From Cycas panzhihuaensis (lineage: Eukaryota > Plantae > Cycadophyta), in NCBI GenBank assembly GCA_023213395.1, contig CM041465.1, positions 200,267,741 to 200,331,740 on the forward strand: 64,000 nt of DNA, written 5' to 3'. The notes beneath the pieces are model-generated. The model saw only the letters and a list, made by a program, of their open reading frames with translations. It ran no database searches and had not been told where the DNA came from. Shown here one piece after another: positions 42,201 to 56,465 of this stretch (position 1 is the first letter of the stretch; the number at the start of each line of letters is the position of its first letter). The position numbers were made by a program, and so were the translations under genes.

Positions 42201-43230
42201 ATCCTATAAGAAAGGCAAAAACAATATGGCCGTAGATGCCCTTTTGTGTTTACACCCTGATTCTAACACCTCTAACCTAGGTATTCACACCATATCAAAG
42301 CCCTACCCCATTTGGCTTCATGAATTATAGGTTGAAAACTAGGCCTAGCTTGATTATTCTCACTAGAGTGAAAAATTTTTAACCCACAAAGACTAGTCAA
42401 TCTACAACAACCATCTACTCTTTTGAAATTGCATCTCTATATATCCATCCTCCTCATTCATCTCTTGAATCTTAATAGAATACCACTCTACTCCCCTAGG
42501 GGCCACTCAAGATTTATTAAAACCTACAAATATATCTGTGTATATTTCTTTTGGCCCTACATAAAGCCTACCGTCTTCACCTTTGTATTAGAGTGTGACA
42601 TATATTAGTAGAATAAGGTGGATATTAAAGCCCTTTAGGGACTCCTCTAACCATTACATATTTTACAAGGTAAGTGCCAAGGCACTGCCATGGATTTTAT
42701 TATGAGATTATCTACATCCATTGGGTTTGACTCTATTTAGGTAGTCATTAATAAATTAGCTAAGTATTCATATTTCCTCTAGTCCACATCTTGTATACAT
42801 CTTCTTGCCTTGCTGAGTTATATGTCTAATTTATCTTTTGTATTTATAAATTTTCCTTGACTATCATTTATGGCCGAAACCCTATGTTCACTAGCTCCAT
42901 TTGACAAGAACTCCTTAAGGCTATAGGAACCTCATTTAACATGAGTTTTATCTACCATCCCTAAACAAATGGTTAATCTAAGTCCTTGAATAAAACTTTA
43001 GAAATGTACCTACTCTATTTTACCTCAAAATACTAAGCTAAGTGGACTTCTTAGCTTTCCTTGGTATAATAGTAGAATAGCTTCTCCCACCACTCATCCA
43101 TTAGTATATGCCTATTTTTAGCACTTCACAGATATCACCCCATTTTTGCACACTTTGGCCACCAATTTTCACACTACCTTAGTCTAACAAAAGTTTCAAG
43201 AGATGGACCAAGTTCTCCATACCTTGGGAT
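39300..43230 (+). pseudogene. Chromovirus-type Ty3/Gypsy gag-pol pseudogene, 3' truncated
   Basis: gag KINIPTFD (~39393); protease LRVKG...ILINSGTSLNFID (~40320); RT VRKKDGSFCLYVDYREL and FFDDILIYS (~41477); RH YDASKFSLGAILIQ; INT MDFIMRL and YHP*TNG*S. No chromodomain is visible because of the truncation. Confidence 0.9.
41249..41355 (-). other. 107-bp CpG-rich insertion in the RT (PPT plus ~81-bp TG..CA segment)
   Basis: Removing it restores KMGFYAHHNHFKF. The minus strand reads GGGGGAG-TGTTGGAC...AAGTTACA. Confidence 0.75.
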
Positions 43231-43312
43231 AGATTCTCATATATTATATAATTTGATATATTTGAAATGGCATTGTCACATATCAATCACCTTTAATTTG
43301 ATGTATAAAGTA

Positions 43313-44061
<749 letters not shown>

Positions 44062-44063
<2 letters not shown>

Positions 44064-45430
44064 GTGGCCTTTAATACATTAAAGAATTGCCCATTAAATT
44101 GATTCTAGTCACATGCAATTTATTATTCATCCTTTGTATAATGATATCACCATGTTTAAGTTACCTTTGGATCATTGGGATTGATACGACATTTGGTGCA
44201 AGTAGACATATATATTATATTATGTAATGTACCATGGGAATTCTATATTAATGATATGAGGCATGCATGGAGTGATGTTTTGATGGTAAAGTGAAGTGTA
44301 TTGAGCACTCTTTATGGTGACTATTAGTTGATAATTATTAAGGTAATGGATATTCACTGATTAATTGATGGATGTTAATGCATCAATGTCATTAGATTAA
44401 TTATATAAAGGTGACTTTAGGTTAGCTAAGTCACATAGTTAAATGTATTATCATTTACATTTAAGTATAATTTTAAGATCATGTCATTAGGCAAGAAACT
44501 CCTTTGGAAACCCTAATATACATCCTTTAATATATAACGCTGAATGTGAAAGGGAGAGTCATAATTTCTTACCTCTCATTTTCACTCTCAATATTGTTCT
44601 CTCTATTTTTCTCTTATTATATGCCATTGATTTAGTGTACTAGATTGTGGCAACTACATCCTTCACCCAACAACTAGTATCAGAACCATTGTTAATCACA
44701 TTTCCCTACTAGGCTTACACGAAGCCATTAATGCCTCTCACTTATAATTCATGCGAGGTTGAGAGCTTATTTGAGAATCTTATTTTGTATTAGAGAGCTT
44801 AAAATTTTATTATTTTATATATTTCTATATTTTCCATGTGTGCAAAATTTTAGAGGTGAGAAAGACTAATTTTTGAAACTACTTGGTTACTGAAACAACT
44901 CTGAACAATATTAAAAGCCTAAAATTTTATAAAAATTTTGACCATCTTAGATTTTGATAAAATTTGATATGTAGGTTTACTCAACTAAGAAGATCATTTT
45001 TTGTCTTTCAGAGCATCTTTAGATCTAGCTTGCAATAACCAGTTTTGGCTAAAATATATTTTTTACCCATATAGAAGATCTACTATTAATTTCTTTAGAT
45101 CTAATTAATTTCTGCTAAAATTTTTTGAGGGTTTTAGTAGATCTAGATAACACATATATTTTGGATTTAGTCCTATTAGACTTAATTAAGTTTTAAGTGT
45201 AAATGTTTTAAAATAAGTTAAAAATTTATGGATAAGTGACCTAGGGCACTTTCCTCAATGAAATCCTTTAAATATGAGCTGAAAATCTAAAATTTTCTTA
45301 AGGGATCTAGTAGATTTATGTCTTTGGAATATTTTGAGATAAATCTCATTAAGTTTCATCCATTAATTAATGTGTTCTTTATAGTTTTCTGATAGTTGTT
45401 GAATTTGTCCACTTAATTCCACAAAAAATG
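44062..45430 (+). mobile_element. LTR, PBS and 5' UTR of a Copia related to C
   Basis: LTR blocks resemble the C LTR (TCATTAGGCAAGAAA, AACCCTAAT, GAGTCAT). PBS remnant TAGTATCAGAACC at ~44675. UTR block TCTTAAGGGATCTAGTAGAT matches ~4790. Confidence 0.7.
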
Positions 45431-45436
45431 TACCAT

Positions 45437-45638
45437 TATGAATGTCCCTCCTTGAGATTTTGCCTTTTATTATTGAGGGTGAGCATTAGGGTTAGGATTT
45501 TCCCACCTAATGACATGAACCCAAAATTAAATCTAAATGCACATAAACTACATTTCATTAAGAGACTAATGCTAACAATATACCCTAAGGTCACAAAATT
45601 AATCTATACGAATAACCTTGATACATTAACCTCTTTCA
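45437..45638 (-). repeat. Truncated inverted LTR of the Copia C family
   Basis: Reverse complement of the first ~200 bp of the C LTR (TGAAAGAGGTTAATGTATCAAGG...). Confidence 0.9.
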
Positions 45639-45639
45639 G

Positions 45640-46095
45640 TAAATACTCCTGATGCGACAAGGTTTGATGATATATATAAATAGTAATATATAAGGATTCC
45701 AAAGATAAATGATATGTTGTATAATCATAGAATCAAGATTACACCCATGTAGAAGCTAGCATGTGGGTGCACACAACTAAAAACTAAGTGTGATATAGGA
45801 TGTGTGATCAAACCCAAACTTCTATCTCAAGTCTAAATTAGTTAAGGTGTTAATGTTTAAGGGGTCTTCTAGTATACAATTAGGCCCTTCATTTATGATA
45901 CATGCACATGTGCTTAGTAATGAAATCTAAGTCATAATAGAGCCCAAGTACTCCTAGCCCTCATTTAGTTTACTAGTAAGTAGCTATATACCTTCTCTAA
46001 AGAGTCAAACGGTACATATATATCCCATGGATATGATAAATATTAGACCATGTATATTTTAATATTAATTAAAGTTTTTAGTTTTTCCAAGTGGT
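45640..46095 (-). mobile_element. Pre-gag leader fragment of a C-related Copia
   Basis: The reverse complement aligns with ~5620-5820 (GACTCTT.AGAG.AGGTATATAGCTACT, GACTTAGATTTCAT). Confidence 0.75.
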
Positions 46096-46375
46096 TATCA
46101 GATTTACCATGGTTTTTAGGTACCCTAGTCTTGATGGGTTTACCTTGGGATTGAATGGGGGTAGTTTAGGACTTAATTTTCTAATTTTAGGTTTGGGGAT
46201 GCTAGTATCATAGTATTTTTTGTGATACTACATATACTATTATGGTATCATAGGAAAAGTTATGGGATAAAGCTATAGTACTACTTGTCTCCTTATAGTA
46301 TTGCAAACTTCTTTGTGGTATAAAACTAAAACTTTAAACTTTTAAAATTTTTACTCGAATTTAATCTACTTTCAT

Positions 46376-48250
46376 TTGCTTAAGAGAAAGAGGTTTCTCC
46401 CATTTACTAATAGGTGGCTAACTAATGAAATTTTGGTTAGATTACATGTAGTAATAGTGGTGGATAACTGTGAAAACATCAGGTCGCCGATGTTGGCTCT
46501 GGTAGAGTTGATGACTACTGAATCCCAAGGAGTACTAAGGCGATCTGGTTTGTTGAGGATCATCTCATCATAATAGTATACCTCTAATCAGATGCTCTTG
46601 ATGGATATTATATCGCATTGGGACCATAGATAACACATTTTCCACCTTACAGGAGTTACAGACTTGATGATCATCCCATCCAATGTATGAAGGATTTTGG
46701 AGGTCCCAATGTGTGGGGCACCAATCGTGCTATGGGTCTTACCCGACACTAATGCAACACACCCTAAGGTAGCCTAATTTTTCTATGGTAGGGGTGACTA
46801 AGATCGACATAGGGCATTAATCTAGACCATCATGCATCATACATTCCTCAACTAAGGAAGCTAACTATTTTTGCTATTCTATTTCAGATATCTTAAAAAC
46901 ATAATTATATGGATGTCTCGGGAGGTTAGATGGAGACTATCTGCCATTATGAGGGAAGGTAGAGGTTTGTTTAGGCCACTCTGATAGTGGCCAATATCAT
47001 GGCATAACTAGACCAAATATAGGTTGTAAGATGCAGTGATTTCTCTTATTGTTCCCTATTCCAATATTGGTTCTTTGACCACTTTAAGGGAATAGGAGGA
47101 GTAGGACTAGTGGTAAGCCCCTAGCTGGTATCAGGTAATAGGCCTCTAATCCATTGATAACCATCTTGTTTTAGAATCATCGGAGAGCCACAACTAGTCA
47201 AAAGATCAGTGGCTACTACATTTCTAGATTTACTGACCTTAGATGACTATGTGCACTGAGCATATCACATCATCCACTAGAATAGCAATGTGAAGGGGAG
47301 GGAGCTACAGTAGAGCTGGTAATGAAGCTAGGAGATGAGGTTGGCAAGGGGGATGTAACTATTAGACTAGACACAAATGAGGTTATGGCTACGACTAGTG
47401 AGGTGGCCATGGCATCTCAGCGAGAGGAGATCCTTGGAGTTAGTGAGGTGGTAACATCAGGGCTACCAACTGCTTTGGGAGGTAATGCCTTTTCCCTTTT
47501 AGCTATGGTATTTATTTATATCTATTTATTAAGTGATCTTTGGTACTATTTTATACTAACATCTGTATTAACACATATATTTTTCTAGCTGATAAGAGAG
47601 GGCATTATGACACAATTGATTAGTAGAGTGGCGACCAACTTATTTCTTTGAGTATATGTAGAGGGATAGTCTCTAGTAGTGGATAGTGGAGAGCCAGAGT
47701 TAGCACATCTATATATTGTCATATTTACTCCCCTTCTCATGGTTTGGGATATATAGGTTGCGGAGGCCTAAGTGTGGTAGACAGAGCGGGACTATCTACA
47801 GACTAAGAGGGACTAGTTGTAGGCCTAAGTGAGATAACTGGAGGCTTAAGTAGGAGAAGGAGTAGCCCAAGTAGTAGTTGCACCCATGCAAGAGGGCTTG
47901 TGGGGTAAGGTAAGGATCATCATCTTAGAGTCATAGCTCCAAGATGCCAAAGGATGACTATCCAAGATGTGAGGAGAGTAGGATCAACTTTAAGTGTAGT
48001 ACGATAGGCTAGTAGATCAAGTGGTATCCATATTGTCATGAACACACATCACAACTCCCTCCCATAGGTGGTAAAGGGGCAAGATCCATGTATAAGATGA
48101 GGAGAGAAATGCTAGGACCTTATAATGACCTAAGAGGAGTCTTAGGGGAACTTGGATCCCAAGGCAGAGGACAAGACATCCAAAGGATGACACTCCATGA
48201 CCATCTCCATAGGCAGCTCTAGGGATTTTTTGTATGATGATTTACTTTGA
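46376..48250 (+). pseudogene. Plant Mobile Domain (PMD, MAIN/MAIL1-like) pseudogene, antisense within element F
   Basis: LRRSGLLRI...LLMDIISHWDHR*HIFHLTGVTDLMIIPSNV*RILEVPMCGAPIV, then CSLFQYWFFDHF. AT-rich GT-AG intron at 47482-47588. E/Q-rich coiled-coil-like tail at ~47760-48010. Confidence 0.82.
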
Positions 48251-49763
48251 TTAGAGGAAAGCACAGACCTCCAAGGGGTTCCCATACCATGTGTGAGGAT
48301 GATTGTACATCCCTTTCAAGGATTCTAGCTTTCCTATAGTGTATCATACTAATGTATAATTGTAGCATTATTTTATAATTATATATACAGAGAGATGGGA
48401 ACCAAATTGGTGCCCTTTTAATGTCGTTGTACCTTTGGTTGATAGATATAGATATATGCTAGCTCTTTGGCTCATGTTTTTTGCCATTATTTTATTTTAT
48501 CTATGGTTTAGAGCTCACACACTAGGCACACATAATTATCCTAATTTATTTAGGTATCTTATATGACACTCATGCAAAGGGGCCACATACCCTTCAAAGG
48601 TGAGGGTAGTGATCTTGGTTACTATCTCTACATGGAGGAAAGAGCTTGGGCATGAAAGGAGGGCCTTATATTGAGGTGCTCATACCTAAGACAAAAGAAG
48701 ACTTGGCTCTCTTAGAACTCAAAGTACCATCAAGGGCATTATAAGAAAGAGGACCCAATAGGCATGGATAACCCAAAGGTTTTTAAAGAGTAATAGGTTT
48801 TATTATTATTTTCTCTTTTAGGGTGATAATTTGTATTCATAGTTGAATAAAGCTACCTTCATGGGGCTCAATCTATCCTATGGTTGTGCATCAGTAGGGA
48901 GATTAGATGTGGGTGTGGGTATATCTACCTTATGGGGGAACTTCTCCCACTTGCAAGCTGAAAGAAGGCTTGACTCATTGATAGGGGAGGTTGGCTCTCT
49001 CATGGGGAGATATTGTTGCCCTTCACAATGAGTAGAAATATCGTAAACCTTGAATACATGCCATGCCCCTTATAAGGGTAATCAGTGTTGGATATGTAAC
49101 AACAATTATGAAGAGGCTTAATTTTTTAGACCTTTGTTGACATGGTTTTCCCTAACAATCTTTCCTCAGGGGGGTCTAAATGGGGTGATAACCCCTATTA
49201 GCTAAGGGATATAATAGCTCCTGAAGTAAAAAGCTAGGGCTCAAAACCTATCAAATTGTAAAGGAAATCTAGGCCATTCATCAAAAAGACCTAGATCTAA
49301 TGGTTATGATTGATGTACCTTCTCTTATAACCTATTTTTGGGGTAATTATATCACATTATATTATATTGCATCGTATTATGAGCAAGCAGTTATTGGTTG
49401 TTGCTATTGTGAGAATTTTGAGATGATTGCATGTACAAATCTTTCATTCTTAACTAATAAAGATTGATACCTTTCTTGTATGGATGTTTCTCTAGCACTC
49501 TCCTAGAGTTTTACCACATTAAATTCTATGTACTAGATAATGTGTATGCTTTCTTATGTATGTTGAATGATCTCTAGTTTTATATACTTGCATTTATTAC
49601 AATTTTAAATCCTTGTTATTGTTACAAAATAGATAGATCTCAGTGGTTGATTTTGGTTATTTAGACTAGGTTTTCTCAACAATCAACATTGTAGATGGAG
49701 GATAGCTTAGGTTTATTTTGGAGTAGAGAGAGTTGTCTCTTTTTCCATTAGGGAGAAAAGGGG

Positions 49764-52700
49764 TTAACTATAGAACTTTCTTAGGATTATTTTATTCATA
49801 GCCTTATCAAACTTAAGGCCCTCTAAAGTGGTAATTTTATATACATTGTTATTGAGGCCCTCAAGGACTATAAAAGGGCAGACCCATCTGGGGCCAAATT
49901 TAGATAGTCCATCATATAAATATTCCAAATTGAGGACTTGGTCCCCAAGGCTCAAAGGATGAGGGTATAAGTGTTTGTCATACATCCATTGTACCCTAGA
50001 TTTTGATGCCAAGTTAGCTCAATATGCCACTAGATATTTCTCATCTGGAGCTTCTAGTTCAAGCAGGTAGGCTTGGCATCACTACTTCTCATCAACAAAG
50101 CCTTTGAGGGATACCCTTCTTAAGGGTATCTTGACCTCTAAATGCAATATCACTTCTGACCCATAGATTAGGAAGAATAATATCATTCCCATGGATGCTT
50201 AGATTGAAGTTTAGTAAGTCCACAAGGTCGAATAAATCTAGAATCCTTTTGGGATTGAGCAAAAATCTTCTTGAAAATGTTAATTAAGGTTTAATTAAAG
50301 GATTCAATTTTGCCATTAGCTTGATGGTAATAAGGGGATGAAGTCTTATGAGAGATCTTGAATCTCTCACAAAGCTCATCCATCTCTTTATTACAAAATA
50401 GGATTCCATTATTCATAATAAGGATATTGAGCATCCCAAAATAGTAAATAATATATTGATACATAAAGGTGGCAACAATTTTACCTCTTGCTAAAGATAA
50501 GTGGATTGACTTAGCCCATTTGGTGAAATACTTTGTAATAGTTAGGATAAATTTGTGCTAGGTTGAGGATGGTGGGTTAATGGCTCAAATCAGATCTAAT
50601 CCCTATTGGGAGAATGACCATGGAGAGACCACTACATGCAATGCCTCAAAAGGCTAGTGAATGATATTGGTGTGCTTTTGGCAATGGCAACAACATTAAG
50701 CATAAGCATGGGTGTCCCATATGTAGGATCATTTTGGCCATTGATTGGCTTATAGAATGACCTCCATAAGTGTCATTATGGCATTCACAAAGAATCTAGT
50801 CAATTTTATTTAGGTTGACACAATGGACAAGGAGACAACCAAATGACTATCCATGAGGAAGTATTACCGAGTGAAGGTCCTTATGTGTGACTTGACTTTA
50901 TCACTAGCATTATTAGGGTATTTCTATTAGATTAGGTAATTAACTATGTCTCTATACCATTCATTATTAGCCAATGGATAGGCATTGGTATGTTAAAGGA
51001 CTAGAATAGGTTCGATAGGTAATGAGTCATCAATTAGAACCTTGAGAGAATTCAACATAGGAGCATCTACCAATTATTCCATGATGATCATTCCTTTCTT
51101 GGATTTTTAATTAATAATCTTTAGATCATATTTTTTAAGGAGGACGGCCCATTTACTAGCCCTTCCTATCAAGTTAAATCGAGTTAGAAGGTATCTTAAG
51201 GGATCAGATTGGATGACCACATAAGTAGTGTCACTAAGGAAGTAATGTCTAAACTTTTTAGTGGCATAAACTAGTGTCAGACATTTTTTTAGCCAGTAGA
51301 TAGTTTAGCTCCACTACCACAAGTGTGTGATTAATGAAATAAATGGCCCATTCGGTTTAGAGTCATCTTCCTTGGCTAGTATAGCCCTAGGGATTCATTA
51401 ATCACTCAAGTATACATGATAAAAAGGTAATTGAAAAGAGGAGGGGCTAATAGGAGAGTTAATACAAGGGCTTGTTTGAGTTCTTTAAAGGCTTCTTGGG
51501 CCCTAGGAGATCATACAAAAGGAGCTCCCTTCTTTAGTAGGTTGGTTAAAGGTTTAGAGTTTGTGGTGAAGTTCACTAGAAAACACATCAAGAAACCTAA
51601 TCTCCTTAATAACGACTTGATTTATCATTGCATTCTTAGGGGAGGCATCTCAACTATCACTTTGACATTATTGGGGTCAACTTGGATTCCTTGTCTAGAA
51701 ATAAGGAACCTTAAAGGTTTGCCAACTATCACCATAAAGATGTCTTTACATGGATTTAGGCTAATGTGGTATTTGTGGCATCTTATAAAAATTTCTTTAA
51801 GGTTCGTAGGATGATTGACCCTCTTTCAAAAAAGGCCCATCATGTCATCCATAAAAACTTTGAGAGTCATGTTAATAAGATCATGGAATATGAATTGCAT
51901 GGCCCTTTGGTTGGTAGTACCAATATATTTTAAACCAAAGGCCATGTATGCAAATGTCCCCCAAGGAGTGGTGAAGGCCATCTTGTGGTGGTCCTTAGGA
52001 GATATTTATATTTAATTGTAACTAGAGAAACCATCCATTAAAGACATAACTTCAAGACTAGTAGTACGATCAATAATTTGATCGATGAACAGAAGGAAAA
52101 TGTTGTCCTTACGACATGTGTTATTAATGTATCTAAAGTCAACACAAATTTTGATGGCCCCATTCTTCTTGGTAATGGGCACGATGTTGGAAACCCATCT
52201 AGGGTAATCAATAGAAGTAATAAGGCTTCCATCTAGAAACTTTTTGACATCCATTTTAACTGTAGTGGATAATTTTGGGTGTAAGGGGCACTAATTTTGA
52301 CTCATAGAGCAAGCACCCATGATGGTGGTAAGGTTGTGAGTAACAATTCTAGGGTTTATGCCCTTCATATCTAAATAGTCCCATGCAAAAATGTCATAGA
52401 ACTCTTGAAACAACTAGGTATACTCCTCTATTTCCTAAGGAGAGCATTTTGCTCTAACCTTGATGACCTTACTAGGGGTGAGGATGATGTCCTTGATTAC
52501 CCCCATGCACATGGAATTCCCTTCCTCAAAGTGGAAGGGAACTTGGCTAACTAGTAGATGTAGAGGAGCCATTGATTAGTTTGGCTCAACTAGGGATGAT
52601 CCAATAGCCAAACACTACCAGAAACTAAGTTTATTGTGTCTAAAGAGATAAATTAGGTATGGCTCTTATTAGATGTTCCAATAGAGCTTCATCATTTTTA

Positions 52701-55700
52701 AAGAAATATACCCCATAGATAGTCTTACTGAGTAGGGGTTGGGAAGTGAGGATGGGGGACGACACACCTGTAGAAATCATTTATCTAGTCAACATAGCAA
52801 GGGGACTCTTTTGAAGAACTGGAGTATGCCTCTTATGATATTGTATCCCATCTCATGAAGGAAAATATTGGCTAGGTTTAGGATCATAAATGATGGACCT
52901 ATTATGAGAGAAGAGAGACTTGACATCCTCAACATTTTCAGAGGATAATGAGGGTTAAGGAGCTCTCGTAGTAGAATATTGATGAGTAGGTTATGATTCC
53001 ATAAATTTTAGCAAGATGATAGTGTGTGGGCACCAAGATGAAATAGGAGGAGGCTCTACTAAGTCAACCAATTGAAGGTCCTCCATCCCCACATGGGTCC
53101 TACACCAGGACATATGACATATGAAGGGAAAAGGAGGATGCCTCTTTTGTATATTAAGAAGAGGGATTTAATGGGAGGATTCCTTATAATCATTGTCAGA
53201 CTCTTGGTTACTTAAGATGGCTAAATATCCATATCTCCCTACATCAATGGGGGTAAAATAAATCAAATGTGATTGAGAGGGATACACATACCTCTCTCTT
53301 CCTAGAGGTTTTTAATATCAACAAAATTGGAAAGCGAGAGGTTGGACAAATCCTTATCCTCATCAGTTATCTTGAAGATTATTTGGCATGGTTAATGTGG
53401 TGGTCAGCTAGGAGGGGGTTCTTGAGAAATGAACTTTATTTGCCCTTCATAAGCAAACTTGAGTTGCCCCCACCTAGAAGATCAAATAGCTCCCATTTAG
53501 TCCAGCCATGGGCATCCTAATAAGAAGTTATAGTCCATGCCAATATCAAGGACCATAATATCCATTTGTATTATTTTATCTTCTAAGGTGAGTAGGAGTG
53601 TTACTATTCCTAGGGGTGCTTTCCTTCTACCATCATAGCCTTGACACCTCCATAGGACTGGTTCAAGGGCCACTATACCTAGCTTTTCCACCATGCATAT
53701 GGGCATGGCATTGACCAAAGATCTATTTTCTATAATGATCATCCTCAATGTGAAATCTAGGGTATAGATAGTAATAGTGAAGGGGTAATGCCACTGGTAC
53801 TCCATTTAACTAGTAGAAGGAAGGTCCCTCAGGTTAAAAGCGATAATGGATAACCCACTAGAGGTGGTACCCATAGAATGGATGGGGACATCCTTTTGGC
53901 CAAGGGCCTCTAGGAGAAGAGTTCATTGCTTAGCATAACTCTACAAGATGTTCATCATGGGCATGCTTGTGGACATAATATGAAGATCCTCAATGATGGA
54001 AAAGGCCTTCCCCTCTTTGGTGGGTTAAGTAAGCACCCTCTAAAAGTCATAATTTCTAGGACAGACTAGAATGGTCTTTGAGACCACTACAATATCCATA
54101 GATGGGTTATTTATAGGAGGCTCTTGTTACAAAATAGAGGCTTCACCAACATCTCTTACAACTTGAGACCATGTGATGGGGTATACATGGGTTGTCTCAA
54201 GTATCTGGATCACCCTCTTCCCTTTGTTTTTAGTTTGAGAGGATGAGGGGTATTGTAGCCTTGGACTTACTAGAGGATATGGATTTCTTGGCCCCTTTCC
54301 TTTTACTTGATCAGAGGAAGGGGTAAGGAATCATCTCCTATTTCACACCCTCCTACCTTGGGTGGGTTGATCTTATTCCCCATGGTTTGGGAAAAGAACT
54401 TAGTGAATAGTTTATTCTAAGTTGGGCTTAGAATCTCTTTAAGAAGAGGAATCACAGTGTGGCATAAGTTCATGCTATTACAATCAATATTAAGAATTCT
54501 TATGCAGGCATTCTCCATATACAGAACACCACTTCTTCTTAAAAAGGGGTTTTACCTTCCTCCCTTGAGAAGTCTAGGTACTTCCACCCTTAGATGGTAA
54601 GGTTTATGATGATTAGCACATGGGTCGATGTGATTTCAAGGAGGTTTAATTTAGTTGAAGTTTCAACTCTCACAAAGTCATAGTTAAGTTCATTATGGCC
54701 TACTTTTAGTGATAAAGGGCTTTGACCCTACTATCAAAGGGTCTAACCACATCAAAGTAGTTGATGAACTTGTCAACTAACTATTAGAAAGTAAAAATAG
54801 AATGAGTGGGTAGTTAATAAAACCATTTCAATGCATCTCCTTAAAAGAATCTTAGGAATAGTTTCATCAGAATATGGTCATAGGCCTACTAATCAATACA
54901 CACCATGGAAAATCCCCTGACATGCTCGATTGGGACCTATGAAGAAGTACAATCAAATTTAGGTACTTTAAGAGGATGAGGTGGTAAGTTGGTCCTAAGG
55001 GCTTCAATGGATAGGGGGGTTGAATGGTAGTCAATGGAGGGGCAGACCCCTAGTTGAGCTAGCAGATCAATATGGGAAGAAGAAGGAGATGGATATAAAT
55101 ACCTACTTCTATCATGTAAGAGGTAACATGGATAATCATAAGGAGGATGTGAGTTTCCCTCTAATTGATAAGAAGGGGCCTCTCCATATGGGGATGTATC
55201 ATATGAGGGGATGGGTGAGAAGGCCTCAACCTACCATGAGGGCACACCACATACTTAGCAGAAAAATATGGGTATATCCCTAAAGGGGTAGATGCATAGG
55301 AATGTGGGATGTGAGGGAGAGCAGGTCCCCTTTATGGAGCAGCTACATATGAAGTAGTATATGTCATTAGTGGCATAGGTTAGGGGACTAAGTTTTGCCC
55401 GTAAGGTCCCCCTATAGGAGGTGCAACCCCATATAGGTGGAGTGGGTCTACCCCTAAGTAGGAAGGGGGTTTGGTCCCCCATGCTCCCAAGGCTACGATG
55501 TATATCCCAGGGGCACATAGAGTGAAGTGTCAATAGGTTGTGTACAAGGATGAGTAGGAACATATCCCCCATGTCCTGAATCATGGGAATGTAAAGGTAC
55601 CATAGGCAGGACTAAAGCGATATAAGTAATGATTGTTTATGGTATAGGTATTTACAAATGATATATGCTTAACCCTATTTAAGAGGTTGGCATAGTGGAG

Positions 55701-56295
55701 GACATCCCTTAAGTCACAGAAGCACTCATAGGTACAAGAACCATAAGAGTGGGTTCTAAAGGTGAAGAGGATATGAGTTGAGATGATGTAGGGGGAATAA
55801 TGGTGGAAGAAGAGGGTGTCGAGCTTTGAAGGAAGCACTCCAACCACTTAGGAGGTGGTTGAGCCCTTACGGCTTCAAAGCATTACCTCAATGCTTCCAT
55901 TACATCTCCTAGAAGAGTGCCTACTTAGTCATACAAGGTGGAGGGTTCCTCATAATGATAAGAACTCATATGATGACCTATAAGAGTCTTCTCACTAGAG
56001 TGAGATGGTTCTATAGGAAAAGGTCCTCATATGACATGCATAGGAAAAGTGGGAAGGTCTGAATGCACTTTTGGTTACTCATCTGAGTAATAGGTTGGAT
56101 CATCGCTCCCTTGAGTAGGATCTTGATGGGGAATAATAAGTCTTAGAGTGGGGCCAATCAAAAGTAAAAGAATAGTAAGCCCAATCTAATAGGTGTCCCT
56201 ATATGGGTAACCCTAGATTAGATGCAGCAATGGAAGAGTAATAGGGCTCTACTTCCATAGAGAGGAGGTTGCGTGAGCAATAAGAGAAGCATCAC
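49764..56295 (-). pseudogene. gag-pol pseudogene of element F
   Basis: ORF-track fragments 49764-50012 (INT C-terminus), 52012-52254 (RT) and 53497-53805 (protease), plus motifs read by hand. Confidence 0.9.
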
Positions 56296-56446
56296 ATTCA
56301 TGTCTCAACCAAAGGAACTTGAAAGCAAGAAGATTAATCTAAAAAAGACATTTTGGGATAATACAATACCCTAACACAACCTTATAAGGAGAGAAGGGAC
56401 TAATGCCAAACTATCAAAAGAGTCTTAAGGTGTCCTTACAAGTGAG

Positions 56447-56464
56447 TCCCCATTATAGTTGCCA
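56447..56464 (-). promoter_or_regulatory. PBS of element F (decayed TGGCGACTC..CTGGGGA, tRNA-Arg type typical of Ogre/Tat)
   Basis: The minus strand reads TGGCAACTATAATGGGGA, 1 bp after the LTR end ...TCTCCA. Confidence 0.7.
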
Positions 56465-56465
56465 G

